Source: Thermodesulfobacteriota bacterium | GTDB taxonomy: Bacteria > Desulfobacterota > Desulfobacteria > Desulfobacterales > C00003060 | DNA length: 64,000 nucleotides | Direction of reading: 5' to 3' | NCBI GenBank assembly: GCA_034189385.1 | Contig: JAXHVD010000011.1 | Coordinates: forward strand, 81,388-145,387 | Part shown: positions 62,075 through 64,000 of the stretch, one piece after another | Layout: each line of letters begins with the position of its first letter | Numbering within the stretch: position 1 is the stretch's first letter | Program-made: the position numbers and the translations under genes | The notes under the pieces: model-generated | What the model was told of the DNA's origin: nothing | What the model saw: only the letters and a program-made list of their open reading frames with translations | Databases searched by the model: none

Positions 62075-62237
62075 GTCTCCTCAACAGCACAACCATCCTC
62101 ATGGCACCAGCGCCATGCCCCCCTGCACGTCACAAAGCCCCTGCTCTTGACACAAATCAGGCGCAACGGGTCATCACGTCACAGGCAGAAACCGACCATC
62201 AAGGGACGCAGCCAGAACCCAAAGATGGAGAGACTGA

Positions 62238-62492
62238 TTAATCCGGCATCCTCTCTATGTTCGCCCTCAGTTGCGCGACTTGAATGCCCAGGGAAACACA
62301 TTGTTTCCCTTCCATGCATTGATCGGCCTCTTCTGGCTCCAGATGTGTCTTGAGTTCATGTTGGTCCTTTTTCAAGTCCACAACCCAAGCCTTCTTCTCC
62401 TCATCATAGGCCACATCCACGTCAATGCCACACTCTCCGATGTCGGGGTAGATCCCCTTGATCTTCTCACACAATTCTTTCTTGTCGTGCAT
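62238..62492 (-). CDS. Small hypothetical protein
   Basis: AAGGAGG RBS; 84 aa; co-oriented after the oxidoreductase genes. Confidence 0.75.
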   Translation of the reverse strand: MHDKKELCEKIKGIYPDIGECGIDVDVAYDEEKKAWVVDLKKDQHELKTHLEPEEADQCMEGKQCVSLGIQVAQLRANIERMPD

Positions 62493-62548
62493 GGCTCTGT
62501 CCTCCTTTCCTGGAAATGGTTTGCGAGGTTAGGCTCTTGTATGGCCCC

Positions 62549-63406
62549 CTATCCGTATCGGCTCATCCTATCTCTCAGCATGGCACGGTCTACATCCCGT
62601 CCCACCAGTGGCCCCTCAACCAGAACAGAAAAGTGCGCTTCAAAAGGGCGACGGCGGTTGCGATAAATGATCCCTATCGGTATCCGCTCTCCCCACTCCA
62701 CGGACACCTTCATGGCTGCCTCCCAGTTCGTCGGATCGTGTGTTTCCGTCAAAGGGGCGCACCGATCCTTGTACCAGGCAAAGGTGTTGACTTTGTTAAA
62801 AGAAACGCAAGGTTGCAGAATGTCAATGAGAGAGAATCCCCGGTGGGCCAAGCCCTCTTGGATCAACCCGGCCAGATGGTCTGTCATCCCTGAAAACCCC
62901 CTGGCCACAAAACCGGCCTCCATGGCCACAGCCACCGCCAGAGGCTTGAAAGATGCCGAGGCCACGCCTGCAGGCTGGGCTTTTGTCACGACCCCCTCGT
63001 TGGTGGTGGGACTGGCCTGCCCTTTGGTGAGCCCGTATATCTGGTTGTTGTGAACGAGCAGGGTGACGTCGATGTTGCGCCGGATGGCCGCCAGAAAATG
63101 GTTGCCCCCTTCTCCATAGTTGCAGCCGTCGCCGCTTTGAACAATCACCGTGAGCCTCGGATTGGCAAGCTTGGCCCCTGTGGCCACGGGAAGGGATCGG
63201 CCGTGAAGACCGTTGAACACGTTCGCATTGAGGTAGTGAGGCGCCTTGGCAGCCTGGCCAATCCCGGAGACAAAGAGCACCTCATGGGGTTTGAGTTGGC
63301 TGGCAACCAAGGCCTGTTTCACGGCCTTTGAGATGGAAAAGTTGCCACAGCCCGGACACCAGGCTGTCTCATATTGTCCGTAGTCGTCAACGGTGACCAT
63401 CTCCAT
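62549..63406 (-). CDS. 2-oxoacid:ferredoxin oxidoreductase beta subunit
   Basis: WCPGCGN, VSGIG, LHGR, SGDG, NNQIYGLTKGQASPT, LQPCVSFN. Confidence 0.93.
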   Translation of the reverse strand: MEMVTVDDYGQYETAWCPGCGNFSISKAVKQALVASQLKPHEVLFVSGIGQAAKAPHYLNANVFNGLHGRSLPVATGAKLANPRLTVIVQSGDGCNYGEGGNHFLAAIRRNIDVTLLVHNNQIYGLTKGQASPTTNEGVVTKAQPAGVASASFKPLAVAVAMEAGFVARGFSGMTDHLAGLIQEGLAHRGFSLIDILQPCVSFNKVNTFAWYKDRCAPLTETHDPTNWEAAMKVSVEWGERIPIGIIYRNRRRPFEAHFSVLVEGPLVGRDVDRAMLRDRMSRYG

Positions 63407-63420
63407 CCTTTCCGCAGCCC

Positions 63421-64000
63421 CTATGATCGGCCAAATGCACGAAGAATATACTCTGGTGTCAGCGGCAGCCCATCATATCGGAGGACCTTCTTCGTGATTT
63501 CAAATCCCGTTTCTCGACGGAGCAGCCGAGCCAATTGCCCAAAGGCGTTCCCTTCTATGGATACCACCTGCCGGGCCGCCTCAAGGGATCTGATGAACTG
63601 GTCTGGCACCAGGGGCCATACCTGGCTAAAATGAAGGGTCGCCACCTTGTCTCCCCCGGCCCTCATGTAAGAGGCGGCCTCTTGTGTCGCCCCTTTGCTC
63701 GAACCCCATGAAATCAGCACAACGTCAGGGTTTTCAGCCCCTTCCATGTCTGGAGGGATGGCCTCGGCGCCCATGTCCATCCCTTTTCTGAGCCTCTTTT
63801 CTACCATCTGCCTGCGCACGGAAAGGTCCTCCGTAATGTGACCGTCCTCTGTGTGCTCGTCACTGTCCGCCACAACGAGATGGGCACTTGCCCCTGGGAG
63901 ATGGCGAGGCGAAACGCCGCTTTCAGTCATGGCAAACCGCTTGTAGGGCGATGATCCAGGGGCCTTTGCACCCACATGGACAGGCGTCAAGTGCTCGACA
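63421..64000 (-). CDS. 2-oxoacid:ferredoxin oxidoreductase alpha subunit (5' part beyond the window)
   Basis: SGVSPR, DSDEH, SWGSS, IEGNAFGQLA. Confidence 0.9.
   Translation of the reverse strand, partial: VEHLTPVHVGAKAPGSSPYKRFAMTESGVSPRHLPGASAHLVVADSDEHTEDGHITEDLSVRRQMVEKRLRKGMDMGAEAIPPDMEGAENPDVVLISWGSSKGATQEAASYMRAGGDKVATLHFSQVWPLVPDQFIRSLEAARQVVSIEGNAFGQLARLLRRETGFEITKKVLRYDGLPLTPEYILRAFGRS

Overview
Chromosomal window of an anaerobic, diderm bacterium; gene content (AhbD-type heme synthase with hemB, class III RNR, 2-oxoacid:ferredoxin oxidoreductase) suggests Desulfobacterota, which is inference only. In order it holds: surface and secreted proteins; a signalling block (IHF, hybrid kinase, HDOD, kaiC-kaiB-kaiB without kaiA, multi-PAS kinase, REC protein); PreP peptidase; MscS; a histone-H1-like membrane protein; nrdDG with tandem NrdR boxes; a degenerate Tpt1/KptA; a CCA-type nucleotidyltransferase whose 3' end overlaps an antisense tRNA-Arg; a ClpX-like ATPase; hemB-ahbD; tRNA-Pro; an intact IS256 with an 8-bp target duplication; an envelope block (RND pump, binding-domain-TolC fusion, channel, MlaEFD-PqiC); and a stress block (msrA, orphan dnaK, tandem-RHH protein, hsp20, USP). 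Three signals stand out. (1) Four-helix-bundle (bAvd/23S-IVP-like) cassettes bracketed by inverted 7/8-mer tandem arrays sit between operon genes in full, nested and empty states. (2) A palindromic MITE family carries, in its hairpin loops, an inverted copy of one of its own internal segments. (3) A candidate heat-shock regulator with two RHH-like domains lies between dnaK and hsp20. All family calls come from motif recognition; no searches were run.
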